Origin: Candidatus Omnitrophota bacterium
GTDB lineage: Bacteria; Omnitrophota; Gorgyraeia; Zapsychrales; Zapsychraceae
Length of the DNA stretch: 64,000 nucleotides
Direction of reading: 5' to 3'
Assembly: GCA_015233405.1 (NCBI GenBank)
Contig: JADFXT010000001.1
Location: forward strand, 233,386 to 297,385
Below are positions 54,342-63,374 of this stretch, in pieces; the first letter of the stretch is position 1; the number at the start of each line of letters is the position of its first letter. The position numbers and the translations under genes are program-made. Under the pieces are notes generated by a model. It worked only from the letters and a program-made list of their open reading frames with translations. It had not been told where the DNA came from and made no database searches.

Positions 54342-54415
54342 GCGCCCATAGCTCAACTGGATAGAGCATCAGCCTTCGGAGCTGAGTGTTGGGGGTTCGA
54401 CTCCCTCTGGGCGCG
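54342..54415 (+). tRNA. tRNA-Arg (anticodon TCG)
   Basis: 74 nt cloverleaf folded by hand: acceptor GCGCCCA/TGGGCGC, D arm GCTC..GAGC, anticodon stem TCAGC/GCTGA with loop CTTCGGA, T arm GGGGG-TTCGACT-CCCTC; CCA not encoded. Confidence 0.9.
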
Positions 54416-54442
54416 TTGATTTTTAAGTAAATATATAGGAGC

Positions 54443-55549
54443 ATGTCCATGATCAGCGATCAAAATCTTCAAAAAACTCCACTCTATGAAAAGCATGTAT
54501 CTCTTAAGGCGCGGATGGTTCCTTTTGGCGGATGGGATATGCCGGTTCAATATGAGGGAATCTTGGCTGAATATCAACAGACGAGAACTCTAGCTTCGCT
54601 TTTTGACACCTGTCATATGGGGGAATTTTTTGTCGAGGGAGATTGTGTTAAAAGCGGGCTGGACCATTTGGTTTCCATGACAATTGCGGATATGCCGCTT
54701 AAGACCTGCCGCTATGGATTTCTCTTAAATGAACAAGGCGGTGTTATTGATGATCTGATCGTCTTTCGCCAAGCTTTCGAGAAATGGTTTATTGTGGTCA
54801 ATGCTTCGACAATTTCCAAAGATGCGCAACAGTTTAAAAAACATCTGACATCTGCGAGCTCTTTTAAAGACCTTTCTCCGTCGACAGGAAAGCTTGACCT
54901 GCAAGGGCCGCTGGCGCGAAATATTTTAAGTTCTTTGGTTGAAGATATTAAAAAATTAGATTATTATACATTTGACTTTTTTGATTTGTTTGGACAAAAT
55001 GTCCTTATCAGTCGCACCGGTTATACCGGTGAATTAGGATATGAGATTTATTATCCAGCGGAAAAAATAGGCCAGGTCTGGGATGCTCTTTTAAAATTTA
55101 AGGAAGTAAAGCCTGCCGGTTTAGGTGCTCGCGATGTTTTACGGCTTGAAGTTGGATACAGTTTATATGGGCATGAATTGAGTGATGACATCACTCCTCT
55201 TGAAGCCGGGCTGGAACGATTCATTGATTTTAACAAAGATTTTATCGGCAAGACCGCTCTGTTAAAACAGAAGCAGGAAGGGCTTAAACGAAAAAGTGTT
55301 GGATTAATTTCCGAAAGCCGTCGCTCGCCGAGGGCTGAGCAGAAACTTTATGACGCGTCAGGCAAAGAAATTGGCGTTATGACCAGCGGAACATTTTCGC
55401 CCAGTCTGCAAAAAGGAATTGGTTTAGGAATGGTTGAGCCTTCCTTAGCGGAAAAAGGAAAAACAATTTATTTCGGGAATGACACAAATAAAGAACCAGC
55501 TGTTGTTTCGGGAAAATTATTCTATAAAAAAGGTTCATTAAAGAATTAG
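54443..55549 (+). CDS. gcvT: Glycine cleavage system aminomethyltransferase (T protein)
   Basis: TPLYEKH..GARMVPFGGWDMPVQY N-terminus and RTGYTGELGYEI motif. Confidence 0.9.
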   Translation: MSMISDQNLQKTPLYEKHVSLKARMVPFGGWDMPVQYEGILAEYQQTRTLASLFDTCHMGEFFVEGDCVKSGLDHLVSMTIADMPLKTCRYGFLLNEQGGVIDDLIVFRQAFEKWFIVVNASTISKDAQQFKKHLTSASSFKDLSPSTGKLDLQGPLARNILSSLVEDIKKLDYYTFDFFDLFGQNVLISRTGYTGELGYEIYYPAEKIGQVWDALLKFKEVKPAGLGARDVLRLEVGYSLYGHELSDDITPLEAGLERFIDFNKDFIGKTALLKQKQEGLKRKSVGLISESRRSPRAEQKLYDASGKEIGVMTSGTFSPSLQKGIGLGMVEPSLAEKGKTIYFGNDTNKEPAVVSGKLFYKKGSLKN

Positions 55550-55563
55550 AGGAGAAAAGACAT

Positions 55564-55950
55564 ATGGATATTGAAAACGATTTGTTATACACCAAAGAAC
55601 ACGAATGGGTCAGCCTCGAAGATAATATCGCGACCGTCGGCATTTCGGATTATGCCCAGGAAGCCTTAGGTGATATCACGTTTATTGAGCTGCCTAGCGT
55701 TGATGATGAGATCGATCAATTCGGGCAATTAGCCTCGGTGGAATCCGTTAAGGCCGCGAGCGATATTTTTTCGCCGATTTCCGGAAAGATTATCGAGGTC
55801 AATGCCGACCTAGAATCAGAACCAGGCTTGATCAATAAATCCCCTTACGATAAAGGGTGGATCGCCAAAATTGAGATTTCCGACCCCGAAGAGGCATCCA
55901 ATCTGATGACTGCGGAAGAATACCAGAATTTTCTCGAGGCCGAAGGTTAA
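55564..55950 (+). CDS. gcvH: Glycine cleavage system H protein
   Basis: YTKEHEWV and lipoyl-lysine motif VESVKAASD. Confidence 0.95.
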   Translation: MDIENDLLYTKEHEWVSLEDNIATVGISDYAQEALGDITFIELPSVDDEIDQFGQLASVESVKAASDIFSPISGKIIEVNADLESEPGLINKSPYDKGWIAKIEISDPEEASNLMTAEEYQNFLEAEG

Positions 55951-56002
55951 GCCGTAACCCCATTTCCTTTTAGTAATCTTACGTTATAAATTGGAGTTTT
56001 TT

Positions 56003-57343
56003 TTGATCCCGTATATCCCCAATACAAATAATGATGTAGCCCAGATGCTGAAGGTCATCGGAGTTAAGTCTGTCGATGCTCTTTTTGAAGACATTAAGCC
56101 TCAGCACGCTCCTAAATCTTTTAATTTGCCGGAAGGAAAATCTGAGTTTGAAGTCGTCGAGCATTTAAAGGCCGTGGCCTCCAAGAATGCCGCGCATTTG
56201 ATTCCTTTTATCGGCGGCGGGTATTATGACCATTATATTCCTTCAGCCGTCGGGGCGCTCATTTCCCGTAGCGAATTTTATACCGCGTATACGCCGTACC
56301 AGCCGGAATGTTCCCAAGGTGTTTTGCAGGCATTGTATGAATTTCAAAGTTCTATCTGTACGTTGACCGGCATGGAAGTGGCGAACGCCTCGGTTTATGA
56401 GGGTGGAACAGCTCTTTATGAAGCGGCGATGATGGCCTTTCGTTTGACCAAACGTTCGAAGATCGTGATGGACGGCGGAGTAAGCCCGATTTACCGTAAA
56501 ATTATCAAATCCTATACGAGCAATTTGCGGTTTGAGTTTCAGGAATCCGCAGTGGTTCATGGCCACAGCGACCGGGAGCAGATCTATAAATTATTGGATA
56601 AAGACACAGCGGCGATCATTTTGCAGAACCCGAATTTTTTTGGCACGATTGACGACCATAGCGATATCGTTGAAGAAGCGCATAAGAAGGGGATCCTCGT
56701 CATTCAAAGTGTTTATCCGGTGGCGTTGGGAGTTCTTAAAACTCCCGGGGAGATGGGCGTAGATATTGTAACCGGCGACGGACAGAGCTTAGGGCTATCG
56801 CTTAATTTTGGTGGGCCTTATTTTGGTTTTATGGCCACACGCAAGAAATATATCCGTAGCATGCCGGGACGTATCGTCGGACAAACCGTGGATAATCAAG
56901 GCCGGCGATGTTTCGTCAACACGCTTCAGGCCCGTGAACAGCATATCCGTCGGGAAAAAGCCACATCGAATATTTGTACCAACGCCGCCCTTTGCGCGAT
57001 TCAGGGACTGATCTATATGTCTTTGTTGGGCAAAGAAGGCCTCAAGGAATTGGCAGAGCTTAATTTTAAGAAAGCGGAATTCGCCCGGCAGACTTTGGAA
57101 AAGATCAAAGGCGTTCAGGTCAAGAGAAGTTCGCCGACATTTAATGAATTTACGGTCTGTTTGCCGAAGGACGCGTCATTGGTCATAGAACAAATGGTGG
57201 ACAAAGGCTTTGCCGCCGGTTTTCCGCTCGGCCGTTATTATCCGGGCATGGAAAATTATATGAGCATTGCGGTGACGGAAAAGCGTACGAAACAGGAAAT
57301 TTTAAATTACGCCAAAGCGCTGGATGAAGTTTTAAACGGATAA
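56003..57343 (+). CDS. gcvPA: Glycine dehydrogenase (decarboxylating) subunit 1
   Basis: IPYIPNT..ML N-terminus, YTPYQPE.SQG motif. ORF track starts at TTG 55991; TTG 56003 is preferred because GGAG lies about 7 nt upstream. Confidence 0.85.
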   Translation: MIPYIPNTNNDVAQMLKVIGVKSVDALFEDIKPQHAPKSFNLPEGKSEFEVVEHLKAVASKNAAHLIPFIGGGYYDHYIPSAVGALISRSEFYTAYTPYQPECSQGVLQALYEFQSSICTLTGMEVANASVYEGGTALYEAAMMAFRLTKRSKIVMDGGVSPIYRKIIKSYTSNLRFEFQESAVVHGHSDREQIYKLLDKDTAAIILQNPNFFGTIDDHSDIVEEAHKKGILVIQSVYPVALGVLKTPGEMGVDIVTGDGQSLGLSLNFGGPYFGFMATRKKYIRSMPGRIVGQTVDNQGRRCFVNTLQAREQHIRREKATSNICTNAALCAIQGLIYMSLLGKEGLKELAELNFKKAEFARQTLEKIKGVQVKRSSPTFNEFTVCLPKDASLVIEQMVDKGFAAGFPLGRYYPGMENYMSIAVTEKRTKQEILNYAKALDEVLNG

Positions 57344-57355
57344 AATCCTAAGGTT

Positions 57356-57433
57356 GTCATCCCCGAATGCATTAGTCGGGGAACCACAAGGCGTGAAGGT
57401 CTGGATTCCCGATAAAAACTTTCGGGAATGACA
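57356..57433. repeat. MITE/REP-like palindromic element, copy 11 (divergent)
   Basis: GTCATCCCCGAATGCATTAGTCGGGGAACCA 57356-57386; CTGGATTCCCGATAAAAACTTTCGGGAATGACA 57401-57433. Confidence 0.7.
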
Positions 57434-57435
57434 GA

Positions 57436-57686
57436 AAAAGAAGAACATAGGCGAAAGAATCACGACTGAGGACGCAACCTGCCTGCCGGCAGGCAGGTGT
57501 CCGAAGAAGTGGTTGAATATAAGGGAAAAAATCACGACTGAGGACGTAATGTCCGAAGAAGTGGTTGAATATAAGGGAAAAAATCACGACTGAGGACGTA
57601 ATGTCCGAAGAAGTGGTTGAATATAAGGGAAAAAATCACGACTGAGGACGTAATGTCCGAAGAAGTGGTTGAGCATAGGCGAAACC
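57436..57686 (+). repeat. Tandem array of the hairpin-repeat family (partial unit, one 72-nt unit, two 52-nt units, one terminal unit) ending at the gcvPB start codon
   Basis: Units start with CACGAC at 57461, 57533, 57585, 57637; the unit at 57461 carries the 22-nt perfect palindrome ACCTGCCTGCCGGCAGGCAGGT (57477-57498) in place of the hairpin loop. Confidence 0.9.
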
Positions 57687-59156
57687 ATGGATCTCATTTT
57701 TGAAAAAAGTATTAAAGGCGTTCGCGGGTATTTGAACCCGAAGCCGGATGTCGATATCAAGGTAGAATTTCCGTCGAAGTATCGAAGAAAAGAGGATACT
57801 AATCTTCCGGAATTGTCCGAGCTTGATGTGGTCCGTCATTTCTTGAAGCTGTCCCAGAGAAACGTCGGCGTCGATACGACGTTTTATCCCTTGGGTTCCT
57901 GCACGATGAAATATAATCCCAAATTTACCGAGCGCATTGCTCAAATGCCGGCGTTTACAGACATTCATCCGTTGTTACCTCAATTGAAGAAAGCTGACAA
58001 GCTCACGCAAGGGTCGTTGGAAGTTCTTTATGAAATGGAAAAGTGGCTTTGCGAAATCACGGGTATGGACGCTTTTACGATGCAGCCGTTGGCCGGTGCT
58101 CACGGAGAACTGACCGGGGTCATGATGATCGCGGCCTATCACAAGGCCAAAGGAAATAAGAAAAAATATATTATCGTCCCGGATTCTTCCCACGGAACCA
58201 ATCCGGCGACTGCCGCTATTGCAGGGTATGAACTTATTTCTATTCCCTCCGATGAGAACGGTGTGATGGACCTTGAGGCGGCTAAGAAACATATTAATCA
58301 AGACGTGGCGGGCATGATGCTCACGTGTCCTGACACGCATGGCGTTTTTAATCCGCATATTGACGAGATTGCCGAGCTTATTCATAAGGTCGACGGACTA
58401 ATGTATTACGATGGCGCGAATTTAAACGCAACGTTAGGTCGCTGCCGTCCTGGAGACATTGGGTTCGATGTGATCCATATCAATATTCATAAAACATTTT
58501 CCACGCCTCACGGCGGCGGCGGTCCGGGTGCCGGGCCGGTCGGTGTTAAAGAAAAATTGATCCCGTATTTACCGATATCCCGCGTTGTCAAAAAAGACGA
58601 CGGGACGTTCCGGCTTAATTATGATTATCCTAAATCCATCGGTTATATTTCTTCGTTTTATGGAAATTTCGGGATTCTCTTGAGGGCTTACGCGTATGTG
58701 CTTTTGTTGGGGAAAGAGGGTCTCAAAGAAGTCAGCAATAACGCGGTTTTAAACGCCAACTATATTAAAGAGCGCCTCAAAGGGCATTACCAGATCGCTT
58801 TTGACCGCATTTGCATGCATGAATGCGTTTTTTCCGCCTCTCAACAGGCCGAGCGCGGGGTTCATGCGATTGATATCGCGAAATATTTGATTGACCAGGG
58901 GATCCATCCTCCGACGGTGTATTTCCCGTTGACCGTTAAAGAGGCGATCATGATCGAACCGACCGAAACAGAATCAAAAGCCACGATTGATAATTTTATC
59001 GATGTCATGATCCAGGCGGATGAGCTCAGTAAAACCAATCCAGATCTCTTTCATTCTTTTCCGCAGACGACCCCGGTGAGCCGGCCGGATGAAGTCAAGG
59101 CCGCTATGGACATTGACACAAGTTACTTCTTAAAAAAGTCATCAACTGACGAATGA
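57687..59156 (+). CDS. gcvPB: Glycine dehydrogenase (decarboxylating) subunit 2
   Basis: MDLIFEKS N-terminus typical of GcvPB; PLP region HINIHKTFSTPHGGGGPG. ORF-track TTG 57669 lies inside the repeat array, so ATG 57687 is preferred. Confidence 0.9.
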   Translation: MDLIFEKSIKGVRGYLNPKPDVDIKVEFPSKYRRKEDTNLPELSELDVVRHFLKLSQRNVGVDTTFYPLGSCTMKYNPKFTERIAQMPAFTDIHPLLPQLKKADKLTQGSLEVLYEMEKWLCEITGMDAFTMQPLAGAHGELTGVMMIAAYHKAKGNKKKYIIVPDSSHGTNPATAAIAGYELISIPSDENGVMDLEAAKKHINQDVAGMMLTCPDTHGVFNPHIDEIAELIHKVDGLMYYDGANLNATLGRCRPGDIGFDVIHINIHKTFSTPHGGGGPGAGPVGVKEKLIPYLPISRVVKKDDGTFRLNYDYPKSIGYISSFYGNFGILLRAYAYVLLLGKEGLKEVSNNAVLNANYIKERLKGHYQIAFDRICMHECVFSASQQAERGVHAIDIAKYLIDQGIHPPTVYFPLTVKEAIMIEPTETESKATIDNFIDVMIQADELSKTNPDLFHSFPQTTPVSRPDEVKAAMDIDTSYFLKKSSTDE

Positions 59157-59893
59157 TCCTAAAAGACATTTCCTTTCAAACGCCCGAAGAGAATATCATA
59201 TTCGACGAGGTTCTTTTGTCTCTGGCGGAAAATGGTTTTAGTGGCGAAGTTTTGCGTTTTTGGGAACCACAGGAACCGTTTATCGTTTTGGGAAAAATTT
59301 GCCGGGAAGAGGACGACCTGTTTGTCGAGAATATTCAAAAGGATGGGCTTAAAGTCCTTCGGCGCGCTTCCGGCGGCGGAACAGTGCTTGAGCACGCAGG
59401 GTGCTTGAATTATTCTTTAGTCCTTTCGAAAGAGCAGAATCCTTCTTTAGTCAATTTGAACCAATCTTACAAATTCATTTTAAGTAAAATCATCGACGGG
59501 CTCAATACCTTTGGCGTGGAAACAGTTTTTATGCCGATCTGCGATATTGCTCTTTTCTCGAGCCATAAAAAAATATCCGGAAACGCGCAAAAACGGGGAA
59601 AGAAATTCATTTTGCATCACGGAACCATTCTTTATGATTTTGATATTGAAAAGATCGGGCGATATTTACGTATGCCTAAACAAGTGCCGGAATATCGAAA
59701 GGGCCGTTCTCATCGGGATTTTGTTGCGAATGTTCCTGTCGCCGTCGGAGATTTAAAACTTTCGATAAAGAATGTTTTTGCCATTCAACAAGAAGAATCC
59801 TTTTTGAAAAAAATCGAAGCCGAAACCCTACGCGAATATTTAAGGACCAAAAGTCCTGTTGTTCATCTGGAAAAATTTGCCTATGCCTCTTAA
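59153..59893 (+). CDS. Lipoate-protein ligase A-like (BPL/LplA/LipB catalytic domain)
   Basis: [28 protein letters not shown] motifs; directly follows gcvPB with ATGA overlap. Confidence 0.75.
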   Translation: MILKDISFQTPEENIIFDEVLLSLAENGFSGEVLRFWEPQEPFIVLGKICREEDDLFVENIQKDGLKVLRRASGGGTVLEHAGCLNYSLVLSKEQNPSLVNLNQSYKFILSKIIDGLNTFGVETVFMPICDIALFSSHKKISGNAQKRGKKFILHHGTILYDFDIEKIGRYLRMPKQVPEYRKGRSHRDFVANVPVAVGDLKLSIKNVFAIQQEESFLKKIEAETLREYLRTKSPVVHLEKFAYAS

Positions 59894-61433
59894 TCCTTCA
59901 AAGAATCCCGATGTCCTTTTGCTCTATCCTAAGACGGGTATGGATTTTGGGTCGACCATTGCCCCGCCGCACGCGCTTTTGACCGTGGCGGCCCCACTCG
60001 TTAAATCCGGATATCAGGTTAAAATATTAGATCAGCGCACTCAGGTCATTAATAAAGAGATATTGGATAAGTATTTATCTAAAGACACTCTTTGCGTCGG
60101 GATTTCCTCCATGACGGGAACGCAGGTCGCTTACGCTCTTATGCTGGCCAAAATGGTCCGTGAGTTAACCGGCGGGAAAGTTCCTCTTGTTTGGGGAGGA
60201 TGCCACCCTTCCGTCGAGCCTGAGCAGACCTTAGCCAGCGATTATGTAGATATTGTTGTTATCGGAGAAGGCGACCAAACATTGTTGGAATTGGTTTGTG
60301 CGTTAGAGAACAAAAAAAATTTAAACGACATTCAGGGAATTGTTTATAAAGACGGTGCTAAGGTCATTAAGACCAGCCCGCGGCCGTTGTTGGATGTGGA
60401 AACTCTTTTGCCGACGCCGTGGGAATTGGTGGATGTTGAGAAATATATTCACCGGGATATGTATCTTCAGCAAAGTTCGCGGGTTTTAGACGTCGGGCAA
60501 ACGTCTCGCGGGTGTCCGTTTAGCTGTGGGTTTTGTAGTAGCGCAGCGCTTCGTCAACGGCGCTGGCGGGCTATGTCCGTCGAGAAAAGTTTGAACTTGA
60601 TCGTAGAGACGGTCAAACGGTTTAATCTTAATGGGATTTGGCTTCGGGATGACGAGTTTTATATTGACCGTAAACGAGCCACGGATATTTGTGAAGGGAT
60701 TATCAAAAGCGGCATAAAGATTTCTTTTTATACGTCGGGAACACGGGCGGATGTTTTTATGAAGGCCTCGGATTATGATATCGAGGTCTTAAAGAAAGCC
60801 GGCGCGTATACGCTGAAATTTGGCGCGGAGTCCGGGTCCCAGCGAATACTGGATCTAATGCATAAAGGGATTACCGTCGAACAAATATTGGCGGCCAATC
60901 AGCGCTGCAAGAAATACGGGATCATCCCGGCATTTAGCTTGATCATTGGGTACCCGACGGAGACTTTTGAAGAAATTAATCAGACGATCGATCTGGCTTT
61001 TCGGTTAAAGAGAGAAAATCCGTCGGCGCAACTGGAAACCATGGCGATTTATACGCCGCTTCCCGGAACGCCGGATTTCGGCCTATCGTTAGCACATGGG
61101 CTTAAAACCCCGCAATCTTTGGAAGGATGGGCGGATTGGATCTTTGATGATTATGATATCGACGGAAAAAGAAATCCCTGGTTTAATCGAGAAGAGCGGA
61201 TTTATTTAGGAAATATTTCTTATATGAGCATTTTGGCGCATGCGCTCGGCAATGCCATGGGCAGTTTAAGCCATCAACCGTTACGGTGGATAGCGCAGTC
61301 TTTGGCCAGACCTGTAAGTTTTTATTATGCACAGAAGCTTAAGAATAAAATGTATCAATGGGCGCCGGATTTAGCGCTCGTGCGGCATATCCGCAAGGAA
61401 TTATTTTATAAAAGCGACTTTACCATTTCATAA
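59883..61433 (+). CDS. B12-binding-domain radical SAM protein
   Basis: N-terminal B12-binding-like region (VLLLYPKTG.., [12 protein letters not shown]) and [13 protein letters not shown] CxxxCxxC cluster; ATG 59883 preferred over 59859. Confidence 0.8.
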   Translation: MPLNPSKNPDVLLLYPKTGMDFGSTIAPPHALLTVAAPLVKSGYQVKILDQRTQVINKEILDKYLSKDTLCVGISSMTGTQVAYALMLAKMVRELTGGKVPLVWGGCHPSVEPEQTLASDYVDIVVIGEGDQTLLELVCALENKKNLNDIQGIVYKDGAKVIKTSPRPLLDVETLLPTPWELVDVEKYIHRDMYLQQSSRVLDVGQTSRGCPFSCGFCSSAALRQRRWRAMSVEKSLNLIVETVKRFNLNGIWLRDDEFYIDRKRATDICEGIIKSGIKISFYTSGTRADVFMKASDYDIEVLKKAGAYTLKFGAESGSQRILDLMHKGITVEQILAANQRCKKYGIIPAFSLIIGYPTETFEEINQTIDLAFRLKRENPSAQLETMAIYTPLPGTPDFGLSLAHGLKTPQSLEGWADWIFDDYDIDGKRNPWFNREERIYLGNISYMSILAHALGNAMGSLSHQPLRWIAQSLARPVSFYYAQKLKNKMYQWAPDLALVRHIRKELFYKSDFTIS

Positions 61434-61446
61434 ATGGACTTTTAAG

Positions 61447-61629
61447 ATGAAAAAAATTATAATAAAAATATGTATCCTTATCGGGACCGTTTTTATTTGT
61501 TTAAGTGCGGCCTTGCTGATTGTCCTGATTCATGTCCTAAAATTTTTCAGAAGCGTCAAGATCGGAAAAGACGCCTTCGGGGATTCTAGGCGGCATCCTT
61601 TAAATTCTCCTGAAGCTCTTCGGGGATAA
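61447..61629 (+). CDS. Small membrane protein (hypothetical)
   Basis: 60 aa with one strongly hydrophobic helix; no other support. Confidence 0.3.
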   Translation: MKKIIIKICILIGTVFICLSAALLIVLIHVLKFFRSVKIGKDAFGDSRRHPLNSPEALRG

Positions 61630-61653
61630 CCAAGAAATTTAAAAGAGGATTTC

Positions 61654-62073
61654 ATGAATAAAAGACTGGTTTTTGTCCTATTTTTTATCATATGGGGAAC
61701 AACGCAGGCGTTGGCTCAAGTTGTCGACAATTCCGTTACACAAGAGCCAGCCAAGCCGCAAGAAGAGGTTTTGCCCCGGCGGACAAAGTCATCATATAAT
61801 TTAATTAGCCCGCAGGAATTACAAAAACAGGCTGAGGCTTTATTGGCATCAGAGCCGGCAGTTTCTAATTTTGTGGAAGGCCGCTATGATGTAAATCAAG
61901 ATGGGAAGCTTCAAAAAGATGAGATCAAGGCTTTTTTTAGTGACATCGTCTTTGCCGTCGAGCGAAGAGGATGGATCAAAATCAATTCTCCGCTTTTAAA
62001 AATTTTTGACCTTGACCAAGACGGCCGAATTAACCGCCTCGAATCATTTGAAATCAAAAAAAGTCTTCGTTAA
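61654..62073 (+). CDS. Secreted EF-hand calcium-binding protein
   Basis: Signal peptide ending ALAQ; two EF-hand loops DVNQDGKLQKDE and DLDQDGRINRLE. Confidence 0.7.
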   Translation: MNKRLVFVLFFIIWGTTQALAQVVDNSVTQEPAKPQEEVLPRRTKSSYNLISPQELQKQAEALLASEPAVSNFVEGRYDVNQDGKLQKDEIKAFFSDIVFAVERRGWIKINSPLLKIFDLDQDGRINRLESFEIKKSLR

Positions 62074-62090
62074 AGGCAGTAAAGTCTTCT

Positions 62091-63362
62091 ATGAAAATAC
62101 ACAAACAGGGTTCACTGATATTTTTTCTGTTTTTCTTTTTTATTTTTTTGTCGAATAGCCCAGCCGTTTCTGGCGCTCAAAGGCCAAAGGAAGATAACGT
62201 GCGTAAAGAGTACATTGATTTTTTCGAGGATGTCTATAAAACCATGCAGGATAATTATTATAAGCCTGTTTCTCGGGAGGCTTTCGACCAGTTTATCAAG
62301 GATTTCGATGCGAAAATATATCAGCAGCTAAAAAGTGAAAAGAAATCCGATGATTATACCCGTTGGCGAAGCGCGGATTTTCTGGTCAAGCGCCTTAAGA
62401 CCAAAGAAGATATTTTTTCTGCCTTTTATCCGCCGGAGCCAGCTAAGGAATATAAACAAAGCGCTTTAGGCCAGAGGATTGATTTAGGGATTGAAGGCGA
62501 ATTGACAGCGTCGGGTTATCGGACAACCCAGGTTGAACCGCGGTCGGACGCCTATGAAAAGGGCTTACGGATCGCAGATGTCTTGGTTCAAATCGATCAG
62601 CAGGATGTTTTATCCATAACTCAAGAAAAGATCGCCGAGCTGTTGAACCCTTTGCAGGGCTCGACGGTAAAGATCGCGTTTTTAGCCGCGGCCAATCAAG
62701 CCCGCCACGAGATCGATGTGGTGAGCAAGGAATATTTTAAGCAGACGGTTTTTGCCATTCCGACGAAGGCCCCAGGGATTTATGGCTTAAATATCCAACA
62801 TTTTAACCGCGTGACCGCGGAGGATATTTTCCGGTTTATGAAGTTTTTTAAAACACAAGGCCCGATCAAAGGGTTGATTCTCGATTTGCGGGGAAATCCT
62901 GGAGGCCCGCCTTTAGCGGCTCGGGAACTCGCATCGTTCTTCCTTCCCGCCGGAGAAGAGTTCGCCTATTTTCAAAAACGTCAGGAAGAAAAGGCTGTGC
63001 TCGACGTGCCAGCATTGCCTAAAGAATATACATATGACGGTCCGATGGTGATTTTAGTCAATGAAAAAAGCGGAAGCGCTTCAGAATTATTTTCAGGCGT
63101 GATGCAGAAACGTGGGCGGGCTGTGCTGATGGGTGTCAATACGGCCGGCCAGGTGATGCTGAAAAGTATGTTTCCTTTTGATGATAAATCGATGGTGCTC
63201 CTTATTACGGGAAGAGGCTATCATCCCGACGGGACCGTGTTTAGTTTTAGCGGTATTGTTCCGGACAGATATTTTGGACCCGACGAGAAAAAAGATATCA
63301 TTGATTATGCGACGCTGTATCTGGTATATGCCCTTCAAAAAGGTTCGTCTCAGAATAAGTAA
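62091..63362 (+). CDS. S41-family C-terminal processing peptidase with PDZ-like segment
   Basis: Signal peptide; LILDLRGNPGG and NEKSGSASELF (catalytic Ser region). Confidence 0.85.
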   Translation: MKIHKQGSLIFFLFFFFIFLSNSPAVSGAQRPKEDNVRKEYIDFFEDVYKTMQDNYYKPVSREAFDQFIKDFDAKIYQQLKSEKKSDDYTRWRSADFLVKRLKTKEDIFSAFYPPEPAKEYKQSALGQRIDLGIEGELTASGYRTTQVEPRSDAYEKGLRIADVLVQIDQQDVLSITQEKIAELLNPLQGSTVKIAFLAAANQARHEIDVVSKEYFKQTVFAIPTKAPGIYGLNIQHFNRVTAEDIFRFMKFFKTQGPIKGLILDLRGNPGGPPLAARELASFFLPAGEEFAYFQKRQEEKAVLDVPALPKEYTYDGPMVILVNEKSGSASELFSGVMQKRGRAVLMGVNTAGQVMLKSMFPFDDKSMVLLITGRGYHPDGTVFSFSGIVPDRYFGPDEKKDIIDYATLYLVYALQKGSSQNK

Positions 63363-63374
63363 AAATTATTGCCT

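Noticed and set aside
54416-54442. Glycine riboswitch upstream of gcvT
   Set aside because: Only 27 nt separate the tRNA from the gcvT start, which is far too short. No glycine-riboswitch-like sequence is visible further upstream either.
54100-54442. Integrated element at tRNA-Arg
   Set aside because: No integrase or phage-like genes lie on either side. The similarity is limited to about 8 nt of the tRNA 5' end rather than a 3'-end att duplication.
57332-57587. Minus-strand ORFs with repeated MIFSLIFNHFFGH
   Set aside because: They are generated by the tandem repeat. Between-locus differences are non-synonymous in this frame but largely synonymous in the + strand mini-ORF frame.
57436-57686. 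CRISPR array interpretation of the tandem repeats
   Set aside because: The units are contiguous with no unique spacers, the copy number is small, there are no cas genes in the window, and the same core occurs as a dispersed repeat at 42115-42188.
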